From positions 173-64,172 of the forward strand of contig JAHIZR010000228.1 in the NCBI GenBank assembly GCA_018814465.1: a stretch of DNA of 64,000 nt, given 5' to 3'. Position numbers and translations under genes: made by a program. This document shows positions 48,281-62,797 of the stretch, in pieces. The notes below the pieces were generated by a model. That model worked only from the letters and a program-made list of their open reading frames with translations. It had not been told where the DNA came from and did no database searches. Every line of letters begins with the position of its first letter. Position 1 is the stretch's first letter. The DNA is from a bacterium. GTDB lineage: Bacteria > Electryoneota > RPQS01.

Positions 48281-49351
48281 ATGCAAGCTATTCAAAAACA
48301 ATCAACTGACGTCGGTCTTACATACATTGACAATGCTCCCGTTCCAGAGATCGTTCATTCTGACGAGGTTCTGATTAAAGTTCGAGCGGCGGGCATTTGC
48401 GGAACAGATGTAGATATCTATCGGGCAGATAAGCCACTCATGAACCGCATGAAAGATAAACTGCCGTTGACAATCGGCCACGAGTTTTGCGGTACGGTTG
48501 AGGCCGTCGGCAAAGGTGTGGTCGGGATCGAACCGGGACAATTTGTTTCCGCCGAGATGCATCTAATCTGCGGGCACTGCTATAACTGCCTGACCGGAAA
48601 CGGTCAATGGTGTCTGAATACCGTGATTGCGGGAATCGATGGCGCAGGCGCATTCGCAAATTATCTGATCATGCCGGCGCGGGCCGTGATTCACCTGCCG
48701 GAAAATCTGCCCGTCGAAGTTGCCGCCTATCTCGACGCGATCGGAAACGCCGTGCATACCGTCCGCTCGGTTGATGTCGCGGGCAAGGATGTCGTAATCT
48801 TAGGAGCGGGACCGATGGGAATCATGGCCACGTCACTGTGCCGTCTGATGGGCGCACGCTACATCTATGTCACCGATGTGCATGATTCACTGCTGAAAAT
48901 CGCTAAAGAAGAGGGAGCCGACGAAGTCTATAACGTCAGCGATGCAAAGCAACAGCGTGAATTTGTCAAGCGCGCGACATCGGACAAGACAAAGCGCGGA
49001 GTTGACGTTGTGCTCGAGCTCTCCGGACACGGTCAGGCATACCGCGACGCCCTGCGGGTAATCCGGATGGGCGGCGAGCTGTCGCTGTTAGGTCTGCCGC
49101 GCGGCGATATCGCGGTCAATTTCGCGACTGACGTGGTATTCAAAGGCATTACCATTCGCGGTATTATCGGACGCAAGATTTTTACGACCTGGATCGAGAT
49201 GCTGGCGCTGCTGCAGGGAGAGTTTATCAAAACCGCCAAGCGCATCGTCACACATCAATTTTCGCTCACCGATTTTGAGAAGGGCTTTAAAGCCAAGCTG
49301 GTCGGAGAAGGCCTGAAGGTCGTGCTGATCCCGGATGAGAAGCTTGCCTAA
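48281..49351 (+). CDS. tdh: L-threonine 3-dehydrogenase
   Basis: VRAAGICGTDVDIY, GHEFCGTV and CGHCYNC zinc motifs. High similarity to E. coli Tdh. Confidence 0.85.
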   Translation: MQAIQKQSTDVGLTYIDNAPVPEIVHSDEVLIKVRAAGICGTDVDIYRADKPLMNRMKDKLPLTIGHEFCGTVEAVGKGVVGIEPGQFVSAEMHLICGHCYNCLTGNGQWCLNTVIAGIDGAGAFANYLIMPARAVIHLPENLPVEVAAYLDAIGNAVHTVRSVDVAGKDVVILGAGPMGIMATSLCRLMGARYIYVTDVHDSLLKIAKEEGADEVYNVSDAKQQREFVKRATSDKTKRGVDVVLELSGHGQAYRDALRVIRMGGELSLLGLPRGDIAVNFATDVVFKGITIRGIIGRKIFTTWIEMLALLQGEFIKTAKRIVTHQFSLTDFEKGFKAKLVGEGLKVVLIPDEKLA

Positions 49352-49360
49352 GCACAGGTT

Positions 49361-51373
49361 ATGACCGATAAACTCCAATCCAACGGTGAACAGCAGACTC
49401 CTGAAAGTTTATGGAGAAAACTGCGGCGTCAACTGCTGGGTGACCGAAAGAATCCTTTCGATCCGAAGGTCTTTCAGCATATCTCGCTGATCGCCTTTTT
49501 TGCGTGGGTTGGATTGGGAGCCGACGGCCTTTCCTCGGCGAACTACGGACCTGAAGAAGCCTATCTTGCTCTAAAGGGGATGCGGTTTCTGGCACCGCTT
49601 CTGGCTTGTATTATCGCGGCTACGGTGCTGATTATTTCCGCCAGCTACACGCAGATCATCGAGCAGTTCCCGACCGGCGGCGGCGGCTATCTGGTGGCTT
49701 CGAAACTGGTGCATCCCAATGCGGGTGCGGTCGCCGGTTCCGCGCTGATAGTTGACTATGTGCTTACCATTGCCGTCTCGGTCACCGCAGGTGCGGATGC
49801 GATCTTCAGTTTGCTTCCGGCGGAATATGAACCGATGCGGATGGGACTGGCGATTCTCGCCGTGATTGTGCTCGTGGTCATGAATCTGCGGGGCGTGAAG
49901 GAATCCGTGCTGGTGCTGCTGCCGATCTTCATGATCTTTGTCGTGACTCATGTAGCGCTGGTAACCTTCGGACTGTTCTCGCATATTCCGATGGTTCCCG
50001 AACGGGTTGTCAGCAGTGTTGCCGAAGCAACTACGGCCTATCAGACAGAAGGATTGATCTTCATTATCCTGGCGCTGCTGCACGCCTTTAGCATGGGCGC
50101 AGGTACTTTGACCGGAATCGAGGCGGTTGCCAACGGAATGCTGGTGCTGAAAGAACCGCGGGTTGCCACCGGCAAGCGAACGATGTTCTATATGGCGGCG
50201 TCGCTGTCATTTCTGGCGGCACTGCTGCTGCTGAATTTCTTCCTGTTTGAGACTGAAGCGGTCGAAGGCAAAACACTCAATGCCGTGCTCTTCGGCCAGA
50301 TCACTCAGGGCTGGCTGCTCGGAGGGATTCACATCGGACACGGACTGGTCTGGCTGATGCTCGTCTCAGCCGCGCTGCTGCTCTTTGTCGCGGCGCAGAC
50401 CGGATTCATCGGCGGTCCGCGCGTGCTGGCAAACATGGCCGAAGACTCGTGGCTGCCGCATCGCTTCGCGCATCTGTCGGAGCGATTGGTAACCGAGAAC
50501 GGCATTATTATTATGGGGATCGGAGCGATCGCGCTGATTCTCTATGCCGATGCCAGCATCACCGTACTCGTCTCCCTGTATGCGATTAATGTGTTCATGG
50601 ACTTCACGCTGGCGCAGTTCGGCATGACGCGGCTTTGGTTCTCGAAGCGCGACACCGATCCGAAATGGAAGCGCAAGCTCGCGGTCTCGATGACCGGATT
50701 TATCGTTTCCGGCATGCTGCTCATCATCATGATCACTATCAAGTTTCTAAAAGGTGCCTGGTTGATCATGCTGGTCACCAGCTCATTGATCATACTCTGC
50801 TTCGTGATTCGAAATCACTATCGTGCGGTCAAAGGGAAAATACGCGAGCTGGACGATATTCTGGGCGGTCTGCCGCTGGGCGACGCGCCGGTCAAGCAAG
50901 AACCGCTGAATCCGATGGAACCCACCGCCGTTATTCTTGTCCAAAATTACAGCGGACAGGGAGTTCATGTTATGCTTAATGCGCAGCGCCTGTTCGGCAC
51001 GCGCTTCAAGCAGTATGTTTTTCTCTCGGTCGGATCCATCGATTCCGGCGCTTTCAAAGGGGTGGATGAGCTTGCCGCGCTTCGCAAGAAGACGAAAAAG
51101 GAGGCGGATAAATATGTCACCTTGGCACGCTCCTACGGTTTGATCGCCGAATCCCGGACAAGCTGTGAGATCGATTATATCACGGAAATTGAGCGGCTCT
51201 GTTTGGAGGTTCATGAAGAGTTCCCCAACTCAGTGTTCTTTGCCGCCCGGCTGTTGTTCTGGAAAGATACCATCTGGACGCGGATCCTGCACAATGAGAC
51301 TCCCTTGACGCTGCAGCGGAGACTCATGTTCCATGGTCTGCAATTTATCGTACTACCTGTTAGACTTCAATAA
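49361..51373 (+). CDS. Amino acid permease (APC superfamily) with an extended C-terminal cytoplasmic domain
   Basis: 12-TM-like hydrophobic pattern and APC-like motifs. 670 aa. Confidence 0.65.
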   Translation: MTDKLQSNGEQQTPESLWRKLRRQLLGDRKNPFDPKVFQHISLIAFFAWVGLGADGLSSANYGPEEAYLALKGMRFLAPLLACIIAATVLIISASYTQIIEQFPTGGGGYLVASKLVHPNAGAVAGSALIVDYVLTIAVSVTAGADAIFSLLPAEYEPMRMGLAILAVIVLVVMNLRGVKESVLVLLPIFMIFVVTHVALVTFGLFSHIPMVPERVVSSVAEATTAYQTEGLIFIILALLHAFSMGAGTLTGIEAVANGMLVLKEPRVATGKRTMFYMAASLSFLAALLLLNFFLFETEAVEGKTLNAVLFGQITQGWLLGGIHIGHGLVWLMLVSAALLLFVAAQTGFIGGPRVLANMAEDSWLPHRFAHLSERLVTENGIIIMGIGAIALILYADASITVLVSLYAINVFMDFTLAQFGMTRLWFSKRDTDPKWKRKLAVSMTGFIVSGMLLIIMITIKFLKGAWLIMLVTSSLIILCFVIRNHYRAVKGKIRELDDILGGLPLGDAPVKQEPLNPMEPTAVILVQNYSGQGVHVMLNAQRLFGTRFKQYVFLSVGSIDSGAFKGVDELAALRKKTKKEADKYVTLARSYGLIAESRTSCEIDYITEIERLCLEVHEEFPNSVFFAARLLFWKDTIWTRILHNETPLTLQRRLMFHGLQFIVLPVRLQ

Positions 51374-51388
51374 ACCCACCTAATCGAC

Positions 51389-52576
51389 ATGTATGGACAA
51401 CTTAAAAACTTTCTGATTCAGGAACTCAATTCGGTTCGAGAAGCGGGTCTTTATAAGACCGAACGGATTATTCAATCACCTCAAGGCGCTGAAATTAAAG
51501 TGCCGCAAGGCGAGGTGTTGAACTTTTGCGCTAATAATTACCTGGGACTTGGCGATCATCCCGACCTGATTGCCGCCGCCAAGGACGCGCTGGATCGCTG
51601 GGGTTACGGAATGAGCAGCGTGCGCTTCATTTGCGGCACGCAGGATATCCACCGGCAGCTGGAAAAAAAGATCGCCGAATTTCTGGGAATGGAAGATGCG
51701 ATTCTCTATTCTTCCTGTTTTGATGCGAATGGAGGGCTTTTTGAGACTCTCATGAAGGAAGAAGACGCCATCATCACCGATGCCCTTAATCACGCATCTA
51801 TCATTGACGGAGTGCGCTTGTCCAAAGCCAAGCGGGCGATCTATAAGCATGCCGATATGGCTGATCTGGAAGCGAGACTGAAAGAGCTGCGGGATGCCCG
51901 CTTTCGCCTCGTGGTTACGGACGGCGTGTTCTCGATGGACGGCGATATCGCGAAGCTTCCCGAGATCTGCGATCTGTGCGAGAAGCATGATGCGATTCTG
52001 ATGGTGGATGACTCACACTCAACCGGATTTATGGGCAAGCAAGGGCGCGGCACACATGAATTCTGCGATGTGATGGGACGCGTGGATATTATTACTTCGA
52101 CGCTCGGCAAAGCGCTGGGCGGCGCTTCCGGCGGCTTTACTTCGGCGCGTCAGGAAATCGTGGATATTCTGCGCCAGCGTTCGCGGCCCTATCTCTTTTC
52201 CAATACGCTGCCGCCTCCGATTGCCGCTTCCGCCCTGCAAGTGATAACGCTGCTATCGGAGACGACTGCGCTGCGCGATAAGCTGGAAAGCAACACGATT
52301 TATTTCCGCGAAAAGATGACGGAAGCCGGCTTCGATATCCGGCCGGGAACGCATCCGATCGTGCCGATTATGCTCTATGACGCGAAAGTATCGCAGGTCA
52401 TGGCCGACAAGCTGCTCAAGGAAGGCATCTATGTGATCGGCTTTTTCTTCCCTGTGGTCCCGAAAGGCCAGGCGCGCATTCGAGTGCAGATTTCGGCTGC
52501 GCACAGCCGCGATCACCTCGATCGCGCGATCGAAGCTTTCACGAAGGTCGGAAAAGAGATGGGCGTGATTAAATAA
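51389..52576 (+). CDS. kbl: 2-amino-3-ketobutyrate CoA ligase (glycine C-acetyltransferase)
   Basis: PLP-dependent AONS-family motifs. Sits in an operon with tdh. Confidence 0.85.
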   Translation: MYGQLKNFLIQELNSVREAGLYKTERIIQSPQGAEIKVPQGEVLNFCANNYLGLGDHPDLIAAAKDALDRWGYGMSSVRFICGTQDIHRQLEKKIAEFLGMEDAILYSSCFDANGGLFETLMKEEDAIITDALNHASIIDGVRLSKAKRAIYKHADMADLEARLKELRDARFRLVVTDGVFSMDGDIAKLPEICDLCEKHDAILMVDDSHSTGFMGKQGRGTHEFCDVMGRVDIITSTLGKALGGASGGFTSARQEIVDILRQRSRPYLFSNTLPPPIAASALQVITLLSETTALRDKLESNTIYFREKMTEAGFDIRPGTHPIVPIMLYDAKVSQVMADKLLKEGIYVIGFFFPVVPKGQARIRVQISAAHSRDHLDRAIEAFTKVGKEMGVIK

Positions 52577-52705
52577 AGTTCCAGCCGGGTCGGGATTCCG
52601 GATAATCATCGCGAAGACTTGATGATTTCCGGAATGACAGAGCTATGGAAAAGAGAAAGCCCGATGCTTGCATTAGCATCGGGCTTTATTTGTCATTCAA
52701 TAACC

Positions 52706-53530
52706 TTAAGAAAGCTCAAGCCAAAGGGTTTGATCCTTCTTAGCCCGGTAACGCTGTGTCCGAGCCGTATTGCGCTTCTTGGGAGCAATTTCAAGCTTCT
52801 TCGGTAACGGCATATCAACGAGACTTTCCTGCGAAGCCAAGCCGCCATGAAGAGCGGCTTCTCTAAACTTCGGATTCATCTCAATCAACAAATACCTGCG
52901 GATAAACTTGTCTCCCCGCTGGCGGTGAGTATCCAGACATGCGAATCCCGTACTCCCGGTCCCGGCAAAAGGATCAAGCACGATTTCCTCCGGACCTGTG
53001 CTTTTCTCGATCAATTGACGAAGAAGCTCCACGGGCTTTTGCGTTGCGTGCGCGCGATGAGCGGAGGGAACATTGTCACATTCCAATACATCCGAATCGC
53101 GCGGCCCGTTCAGATGCCGTTTTCCCTTCACGGCAAAGATAATCATTTCACTCTGAGGAGCATACGAACCGTTCAGATCCCCGCTGCCATGATTGTTTTT
53201 CACCCAGATCAGGCAGTTCTTTACCTTGAACAGCCTGCTGATCGCGCTGTAGAAAACGGGATACGTGTCGAAGCGTGTGAAGCAGTAGAAGTGCGTATTA
53301 TTCTTCAGAACGCGGTACATCTGCTCGACCCATGACTCCACCCAGCTTAAATCGACATCGTTGGCAAACTTGGGCAGCTTTTCTCTGGCAACTCTTCTGT
53401 TTGACTGATAATCGATTCCATAGGGCGGATCGGTCAGCACCAAATCGACGAACTCGTCCGGCACTTCTTTCAGAAGTTCGAAACAGTCTCCGCACTTGAA
53501 TTCGCTTTTAAACTGTTCGTTGTAACTCAT
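52706..53530 (-). CDS. DNA methyltransferase, beta class (DPPY motif IV before FxGxG motif I). Apparently orphan.
   Basis: LVLTDPPYGIDY and VLDPFAGTGSTG. Confidence 0.75.
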   Translation of the reverse strand: MSYNEQFKSEFKCGDCFELLKEVPDEFVDLVLTDPPYGIDYQSNRRVAREKLPKFANDVDLSWVESWVEQMYRVLKNNTHFYCFTRFDTYPVFYSAISRLFKVKNCLIWVKNNHGSGDLNGSYAPQSEMIIFAVKGKRHLNGPRDSDVLECDNVPSAHRAHATQKPVELLRQLIEKSTGPEEIVLDPFAGTGSTGFACLDTHRQRGDKFIRRYLLIEMNPKFREAALHGGLASQESLVDMPLPKKLEIAPKKRNTARTQRYRAKKDQTLWLELS

Positions 53531-53653
53531 AGCGCCTCAGAGAGAGGGTCACTCTCGACGACTCTAAAGTGACCCGAATCCGTTTATTGTTTGGGGCAAC
53601 GGCAGCGCGGTTGTCGGCTGCCGTGCATTCTGTTCTGCAAATTCCGAGCCTGT

Positions 53654-54592
53654 CTACAGTTTTCGGAATAAACTCTTGAAAACATAACCTGCTATCGCCG
53701 GATTTTCCTTCAGGCGGCGAGTCGAGTAACCGTACCAGGATTTCCCGAAGGGGACATAGATTCTCATCTTGTGGCCGCGAGCTTTTATCTGATTCCGCAA
53801 GTCAGGCCGCACTCCGAGCAGCATCTGGAACTCATAGGCGGTGGGCGGCACATTGAGTTCCTTGATCAGTTTTTCCGATTCATCCACGAGATATTCGTCG
53901 TGCGTCGCGATCCCGACATACGTTTTGGTCTCCAGCATAATCCTGAGGACTTTCAGGAAATTCTGCCGGACCTCTTCCCTGCCCTTGAAGGCAATTTTTT
54001 CCGGTTCGACATAAATTCCTTTGCAGAGGCGGAAATTCGATTCGCCGGCTTTGATCAAATCACGCACATCCTGTTCGGTGCGCCGCAAATAAGACTGTAC
54101 GACAACCCCCAGCTTTTTTCCATTGCGAAGCTGCCGGTAGAGCCAGATGGTGTTTTCGGTATAGGGAGAATCCTCCATGTCTATTCGCATGAAGACATTC
54201 CGACGGGAAGCGTTTTCAAGAATACTCGTGATATTATCGAGAGCGAAATCGCGATCGACGGAAAGTCCGATCGCAGTCGGTTTAACGGAAACTCCGCTGT
54301 CCAGCTTTTCACGTTCGATCGCTTCAAGCACTTCATGATAGTATTCAATGTGCTTAAGCGCTTCTTCGCGCGTGTCGACGAATTCGCCTAGCACATCGAT
54401 TGTTGTCTTGAAGCCGGCGGCATTCAGTTCTTTGACGGTGCGAATCGCATCCTCAAGAGTTTCACCGGCAATATAGCGAGACGCAATCAATCCCACGATC
54501 GCCTTCGGTACGAAAGGCAGAGATGCTGAAATAAATGAATCCAAGAAGCTCATAGGTGGTAACGGCTTAGAAGTTGATAGTTGCTGTGACAC
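53654..54592 (-). CDS. Proline dehydrogenase family protein
   Basis: PRODH-like TIM-barrel motifs. Confidence 0.65.
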   Translation of the reverse strand: MSQQLSTSKPLPPMSFLDSFISASLPFVPKAIVGLIASRYIAGETLEDAIRTVKELNAAGFKTTIDVLGEFVDTREEALKHIEYYHEVLEAIEREKLDSGVSVKPTAIGLSVDRDFALDNITSILENASRRNVFMRIDMEDSPYTENTIWLYRQLRNGKKLGVVVQSYLRRTEQDVRDLIKAGESNFRLCKGIYVEPEKIAFKGREEVRQNFLKVLRIMLETKTYVGIATHDEYLVDESEKLIKELNVPPTAYEFQMLLGVRPDLRNQIKARGHKMRIYVPFGKSWYGYSTRRLKENPAIAGYVFKSLFRKL

Positions 54593-55088
54593 CCAGCGTC
54601 ATGTCATGTTTGAATGATAGATCCGGTGATACGTCGATTCCGTACAACTGCGCATCTACATAGGCATCGCCCATCGACAGCAGCATTGTCCCGACAAACC
54701 ACCAGAGGGTCTTGTTTCGTCGCTCCCGGTAGCGAATGACATCCTGACCCGCGGCATTGTTCTTCGATTGAGCCAGAGCTCTCTCATCCTCGTCTTCGTA
54801 TTGCTCAGGATGAAAATCGACTTTCTGGGCGGCGCTCATCTTGTCGTTCATACGAATGATACCTTCAATCTGAAAACCCTCGAGCACCGCAAAAGCGATT
54901 GCCTTGTAGTAGGATTCATTATAGAACTGCCCCCAGCCCGGCACGGCCATGGAACGAAAGACAGCGCCGGTGGTGCTTTTCAGGGGCTTGGCTCGATCAG
55001 GCTCCTCGCTCTCCTGCGCGAACACAGTCTGGCAGACAATAAAACTGCAAAGTAAGGCAAGGCAGATCAGTCGAGGAGAGCAAGACAT
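54567..55088 (-). CDS. Hypothetical secreted or membrane protein (FCB-group specific family)
   Basis: N-terminal signal peptide. Confidence 0.5.
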   Translation of the reverse strand: MSCSPRLICLALLCSFIVCQTVFAQESEEPDRAKPLKSTTGAVFRSMAVPGWGQFYNESYYKAIAFAVLEGFQIEGIIRMNDKMSAAQKVDFHPEQYEDEDERALAQSKNNAAGQDVIRYRERRNKTLWWFVGTMLLSMGDAYVDAQLYGIDVSPDLSFKHDMTLGVTATINF

Positions 55089-55453
55089 TCGATTTCCACC
55101 AGCACATCCTTGGGCAGCCGGGCGACTTCCACCGCGCTGCGCGCCGGATACGACTGTGTAAAATACTTCGCATAGACTTCATTGATCGAGGCGAAATCGT
55201 TCATATCCTTCATGAAGACCGTCACCTTGATCACATTCTCCAGTTTACCGCCGCCTGCCTCCACAACTGCCTTCAGATTTTTGAGGACTTGCTCGGCCTG
55301 CGCGGCGGCTGTATTACCGACAATTTCACCTGTCTCAGGATGGAGTGGAATTTGACCGGCGGTATAGAGCATGGTTCCGGAGAACTTGACCGCCTGACTG
55401 TAAGGTCCGATTGCGGCGGGAGCCGTTTTTGTTGCAATAATCTCACGTTTCAT
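55067..55453 (-). CDS. ridA: RidA/YjgF family reactive-intermediate deaminase
   Basis: Segment [15 protein letters not shown]. Confidence 0.8.
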   Translation of the reverse strand: MKREIIATKTAPAAIGPYSQAVKFSGTMLYTAGQIPLHPETGEIVGNTAAAQAEQVLKNLKAVVEAGGGKLENVIKVTVFMKDMNDFASINEVYAKYFTQSYPARSAVEVARLPKDVLVEIECLALLD

Positions 55454-55632
55454 TTTTCGGGAATATCCTTAAACTGCGCGTCCTCTATCTGACTCCTGTC
55501 AATTGTTCTCTGCGACTCCTTCGGTCTGCCTTTGATATTTTCCTGCTGAGTCCGACGAGGAGGGCGGAAAAGCTTGTAGGCATAACGAGCGGCGATGAAA
55601 AGAACAGCCAATATCAGAAGAGTTCGCAACAT
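55450..55632 (-). CDS. Small membrane protein
   Basis: One TM segment. Overlapping stop and start. Confidence 0.4.
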   Translation of the reverse strand: MLRTLLILAVLFIAARYAYKLFRPPRRTQQENIKGRPKESQRTIDRSQIEDAQFKDIPEK

Positions 55633-55634
55633 AA

Positions 55635-56273
55635 TCAGATGTCTACCGGATTGTAAAAGCGCGTGCCGGATTGATCGCGGTCGATTTCACGCAGCAGCGC
55701 CGTCAAATGATCCTCATTGTTTACGTAATCGAGATTCGTGGAATTCACAATCAACAGCGGTGAATCATCGTAATTGAAGAAGAAGTGATTGTATGCTTCG
55801 TTCAGAGTGCGCAGGTAAGACTCCGTGATTTCCTTTTCATAGGGGCGGCTGCGTTTGCGAATATTCTGCATCAGCCGCTCGGTCGAACTCTGAAGATACA
55901 CCACCAGATCGGGCTTGCGTATCTGTACCTCCATTAAGCCCATCACCTTTTCATAAAGGGATATCTCCGCTTCGCTGAGATTGATATAGGCGAAGATCCG
56001 ATCCTTCGCGAAAAGATAGTCCGCGATCAGCGACGCGTGAAACAGATCGGGCGGCGGCAGTTCCTGCTGCTGCTTGAAGCGCGAAAGCAGAAAAAAGAGC
56101 TGCGTCTGGAAAGCGAAATGCCGGGGATCTTTGTAAAACTGGTCGAGAAAGGGATTCTCTTCGGGATTCTCGAGCACTAAGCGGCCGTTCAGCTTCTCCG
56201 CAAGCAAATGCGCCAGCGATGTCTTTCCGACTCCGATGACTCCTTCAACAGCGATGTACGGATGCTTGATCAT
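55635..56273 (-). CDS. Deoxynucleoside kinase
   Basis: P-loop VEGVIGVGKTS. dNK family size. Confidence 0.75.
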   Translation of the reverse strand: MIKHPYIAVEGVIGVGKTSLAHLLAEKLNGRLVLENPEENPFLDQFYKDPRHFAFQTQLFFLLSRFKQQQELPPPDLFHASLIADYLFAKDRIFAYINLSEAEISLYEKVMGLMEVQIRKPDLVVYLQSSTERLMQNIRKRSRPYEKEITESYLRTLNEAYNHFFFNYDDSPLLIVNSTNLDYVNNEDHLTALLREIDRDQSGTRFYNPVDI

Positions 56274-56302
56274 GTTATTGATTTGAAATTGATATCATCC
56301 AA

Positions 56303-56854
56303 TCAGACATATTCAATTTCCTTTTTGCTATGGAGGTCCCAAGTGCCATTACTCAATAGAACGAGCTCGCCAACTACTTTATACTTTCTTAAATCCAATA
56401 AAGGAGAGACATGATTTGAATACTCCACAATATCGTGTTTGAACTCATTTATGAGAGTTAGGGCAATAGAGATATATGATTCAGCGTTTATTTCCTGCGG
56501 ACAAGAATCTGTATACCATATTAAGATGAGTTTCCCATTTGAGTTGTGGCGAACATCAAAAGGAAAGAGTCTGCAGTCGATTGGTCGTTGGTCGTATATC
56601 TCGCACTTTCCTGATTTGTAGAAATAGCAAACTCCATTAAGTGATCTCATATTCGATAACGATCCTTTGTCAGGCTCTGAGAAGGAACTTATTTCCAATC
56701 CTGTGTATGAATGTATACGCTGTAAATCGTCCTGTGTTAGAACCGGATGATCTACTCTTCGACCTGTACAACAGTTAAGATTTGCGGGACAACCCACACA
56801 AAATCCAAAAGTTCCTATAGTTTTATTTATTATCTTATACATGATTCCATTCAT
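56303..56854 (-). CDS. YkgJ-family cysteine-cluster protein
   Basis: Motif GFCVGCPANLNCCTGRR. Confidence 0.6.
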   Translation of the reverse strand: MNGIMYKIINKTIGTFGFCVGCPANLNCCTGRRVDHPVLTQDDLQRIHSYTGLEISSFSEPDKGSLSNMRSLNGVCYFYKSGKCEIYDQRPIDCRLFPFDVRHNSNGKLILIWYTDSCPQEINAESYISIALTLINEFKHDIVEYSNHVSPLLDLRKYKVVGELVLLSNGTWDLHSKKEIEYV

Positions 56855-57293
56855 ACTTGGTAGATACTAACTCGTCTGCTGTTAGTTTGTCAGCGGTTTT
56901 TGAGAAGAGACTTTGCTGACCTACAAATTTCCCCTTTTTTACATACAAGAGTAAAATAGCTCCTCTTTCAAAATTGGAATTATCAGTAGAGAAATACGTT
57001 CCTGAAAGAATTCTATTCTTAAATGTGCCCGAGAACTTATAAACAATGCTTGATCCATTTTCTTGAAATTCGATTTTTGCGTCCACTTTACGTCCACGCT
57101 GCTTGAGCGTAACACTTTCATGATATTCCTTTTTATCCTCTTCGAATGTTGTTCTCCACTTTCCACCAATTCGCGGTTCATCCTTTTGCATCTTTATCGC
57201 TAATGCTGGTATCACATTCGTTGCTAGCCACTGAATAATAATTGTCGCGAAAGCTCCTATCAAAGCTAGTACAATGGTATTCTGGAAATCCAT
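56835..57293 (-). CDS. Hypothetical membrane-anchored protein
   Basis: N-terminal TM segment. Confidence 0.45.
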   Translation of the reverse strand: MDFQNTIVLALIGAFATIIIQWLATNVIPALAIKMQKDEPRIGGKWRTTFEEDKKEYHESVTLKQRGRKVDAKIEFQENGSSIVYKFSGTFKNRILSGTYFSTDNSNFERGAILLLYVKKGKFVGQQSLFSKTADKLTADELVSTKYEWNHV

Positions 57294-57345
57294 GTAGACT
57301 GTCTCCTCGGTAATGATTTTGAAATATCATTAGTTGAATCGACGT

Positions 57346-57867
57346 TTATGACCCAGTTTTTTCGACTTCCAGATTATCGCATACTGTCGCAAATAGGATT
57401 CTAAACGTTTTTTGCATAACCGGATGCAGCATGTCGGGAATTAGATCACATAACGGCCGCAGCACGAAGCGGCGTTCCGCCTGCTTCGGGTGCGGTATTA
57501 TCAGATCAGGTTGATTGATCGTTTCGCTACCCCACAGAAGAATATCCAGATCGCAAGTACGCGGCGCGTAACGCGATTCATGGCTGCGGCCAAGCTGAGT
57601 CTCTATTTTTTGAGTAACTGATAGTAAATCTTGCGCGGTGCCTTTGCGCTCCAGTTCAATAACGGCATTCAAGTATTTGCCTCCCTGCGCTCCACCCCAC
57701 GGTTCTGTTTCATACAGATCCGATATCCGCAGGATAATAAAGTCCTCCGACTTCAGAAGCGCAAGCGCCCGCTCGAAAAAAGCATACCGGTCGCCAAGAT
57801 TGGAACCGAAACCGAGATAGATATGCTCAGGAGTTCTTTCGATAACGGCTGACCTCAACTTCCACAT
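57346..57867 (-). CDS. folK: 2-amino-4-hydroxy-6-hydroxymethyldihydropteridine pyrophosphokinase
   Basis: Motifs GSNLGDR and ETEPWGG. Confidence 0.8.
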   Translation of the reverse strand: MWKLRSAVIERTPEHIYLGFGSNLGDRYAFFERALALLKSEDFIILRISDLYETEPWGGAQGGKYLNAVIELERKGTAQDLLSVTQKIETQLGRSHESRYAPRTCDLDILLWGSETINQPDLIIPHPKQAERRFVLRPLCDLIPDMLHPVMQKTFRILFATVCDNLEVEKTGS

Positions 57868-58261
57868 GCTTCAGAATCCCGCCCATCGGAACATTCGGCT
57901 TACGCACTCTTACCGTTGTCTCCATGACCGATGAAAACTTATTCAACAGCCCTTGAGCGATTTCAGCGGCGCAGGTTTCGATCAGCCTGAAGTTTTCACG
58001 GTTGAAGATTTCGGTGACTTCGCGATAGAGCAGCGTATAGTCGATTGTCCAGTGCAAGTCATCTGTCTTGCCCTGTCTCGAAAAATCGCCGCACACTTCG
58101 ACATCCAGCTCGAAGATCTGTCCCAAAGTCCGCTCTTCTTCAAGCGCGCCGTGAAAGGCGTAGAACTGGAGTCCGTGCAGGCGTATCTTATCCAGATTAT
58201 TCATGCTGCGCAAGATCCTTCCCAAATGATGATGCGGGCCGATCGATGCCAAGCGCGTCAA
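57827..58261 (-). CDS. folB: Dihydroneopterin aldolase
   Basis: Motif LQFYAFHG...ERTLGQ. Confidence 0.75.
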   Translation of the reverse strand: MTRLASIGPHHHLGRILRSMNNLDKIRLHGLQFYAFHGALEEERTLGQIFELDVEVCGDFSRQGKTDDLHWTIDYTLLYREVTEIFNRENFRLIETCAAEIAQGLLNKFSSVMETTVRVRKPNVPMGGILKHVEVEVSRYRKNS

Positions 58262-59037
58262 CCACTCTGACCATTTCGTTCACGAAATCAGGAAACAGAT
58301 CCAGCGGGAGCATGTTCGCGCCATCCGATAAGGCAGCAGCGGGATCGGGGTGTGTCTCAAGAAAAACCGCCGAGACCGCGCCGGTCGCGACCGCGGCGCG
58401 CGCCAACGGAAAAATAAACTCGGGATGTCCGCCGGACTTGCCGCCCGATCCGCCGATCTGCTGTATACTGTGCGTGGCGTCATAGACAACCGGATAGCCG
58501 ATACGAGCAAGCTCCACCAGCGAGCGCATGTCAACCACTAAATCACGTCTGCCGAACGACGAACCGCGCTCGGTCAGCATGATGCTCTTGTTTCCGGTGG
58601 ATTCGACTTTCTTCACGCAATGCCGCATGTCATCGGCAATCAGGAATTGCCCCTTTTTGATATTAATTGGTCGCTTTGTTTTTCCCGCCGCAACCAACAG
58701 ATCGGTTTGCCTGCATAAAAACGCGGGAATCTGAAGAATATCGACAACTTCCGCAGCGGGTGCCGCCTGCGCGGGAAGGTGAATATCGGTCAAAACCGGC
58801 AGTCCGGTCTCTTTTCGCACTTTACCAAGAATCTTCAGACCTTCCTCCAAGCCCGGACCGCGATAACTTTCTACGGAAGTCCGGTTCGCTTTGTCGAAGC
58901 TTGCTTTGAAGATCGGCAGCACTCCGGTTTGTTTCGCGATACGATACAGCTCCTCCGCGATCTGAAAGCAGTTCGCCTCCGACTCAATCACGCAGGGGCC
59001 GGCGATAATCGCCAGAGGATAATCGTGAGTAGAACGC

Positions 59038-59045
<8 letters not shown>
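58197..59045 (-). CDS. kdsA: 3-deoxy-8-phosphooctulonate synthase
   Basis: KdsA family motifs. Confidence 0.8.
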
Positions 59046-62488
<3,443 letters not shown>

Positions 62489-62776
62489 TTAATCGATCAC
62501 TCGCGGCATGCGAAAGAACTCTTCCGTGCGATCGGGTGCGTCCCGCAGAGCGACCTCGCGCGGGAGACACTCGCCGGGCTCGTCCGCTTCGGTCACATTG
62601 CGCAGATTCAGCAGATGATGGAGCGGCTCGACGCCCTCCGTATTCACCTGGCGAAGCTGGTCGAAGTAATTGAAACAACTATTCAGATCTCGCTGAAACT
62701 TGTCAATCTCTTCCTCGCGCAGCTTCAATCTGGCCAGTTCCGCTACTTTGATTACTTCTTCTCTGCTGACGTTCAT
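62489..62776 (-). CDS. gatC: Glu/Asp-tRNA amidotransferase subunit C
   Basis: EVIKVAELARLKL...EIDKF. Confidence 0.8.
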   Translation of the reverse strand: MNVSREEVIKVAELARLKLREEEIDKFQRDLNSCFNYFDQLRQVNTEGVEPLHHLLNLRNVTEADEPGECLPREVALRDAPDRTEEFFRMPRVID

Positions 62777-62797
62777 ATTTTTGTTTAAACTCTGTTA

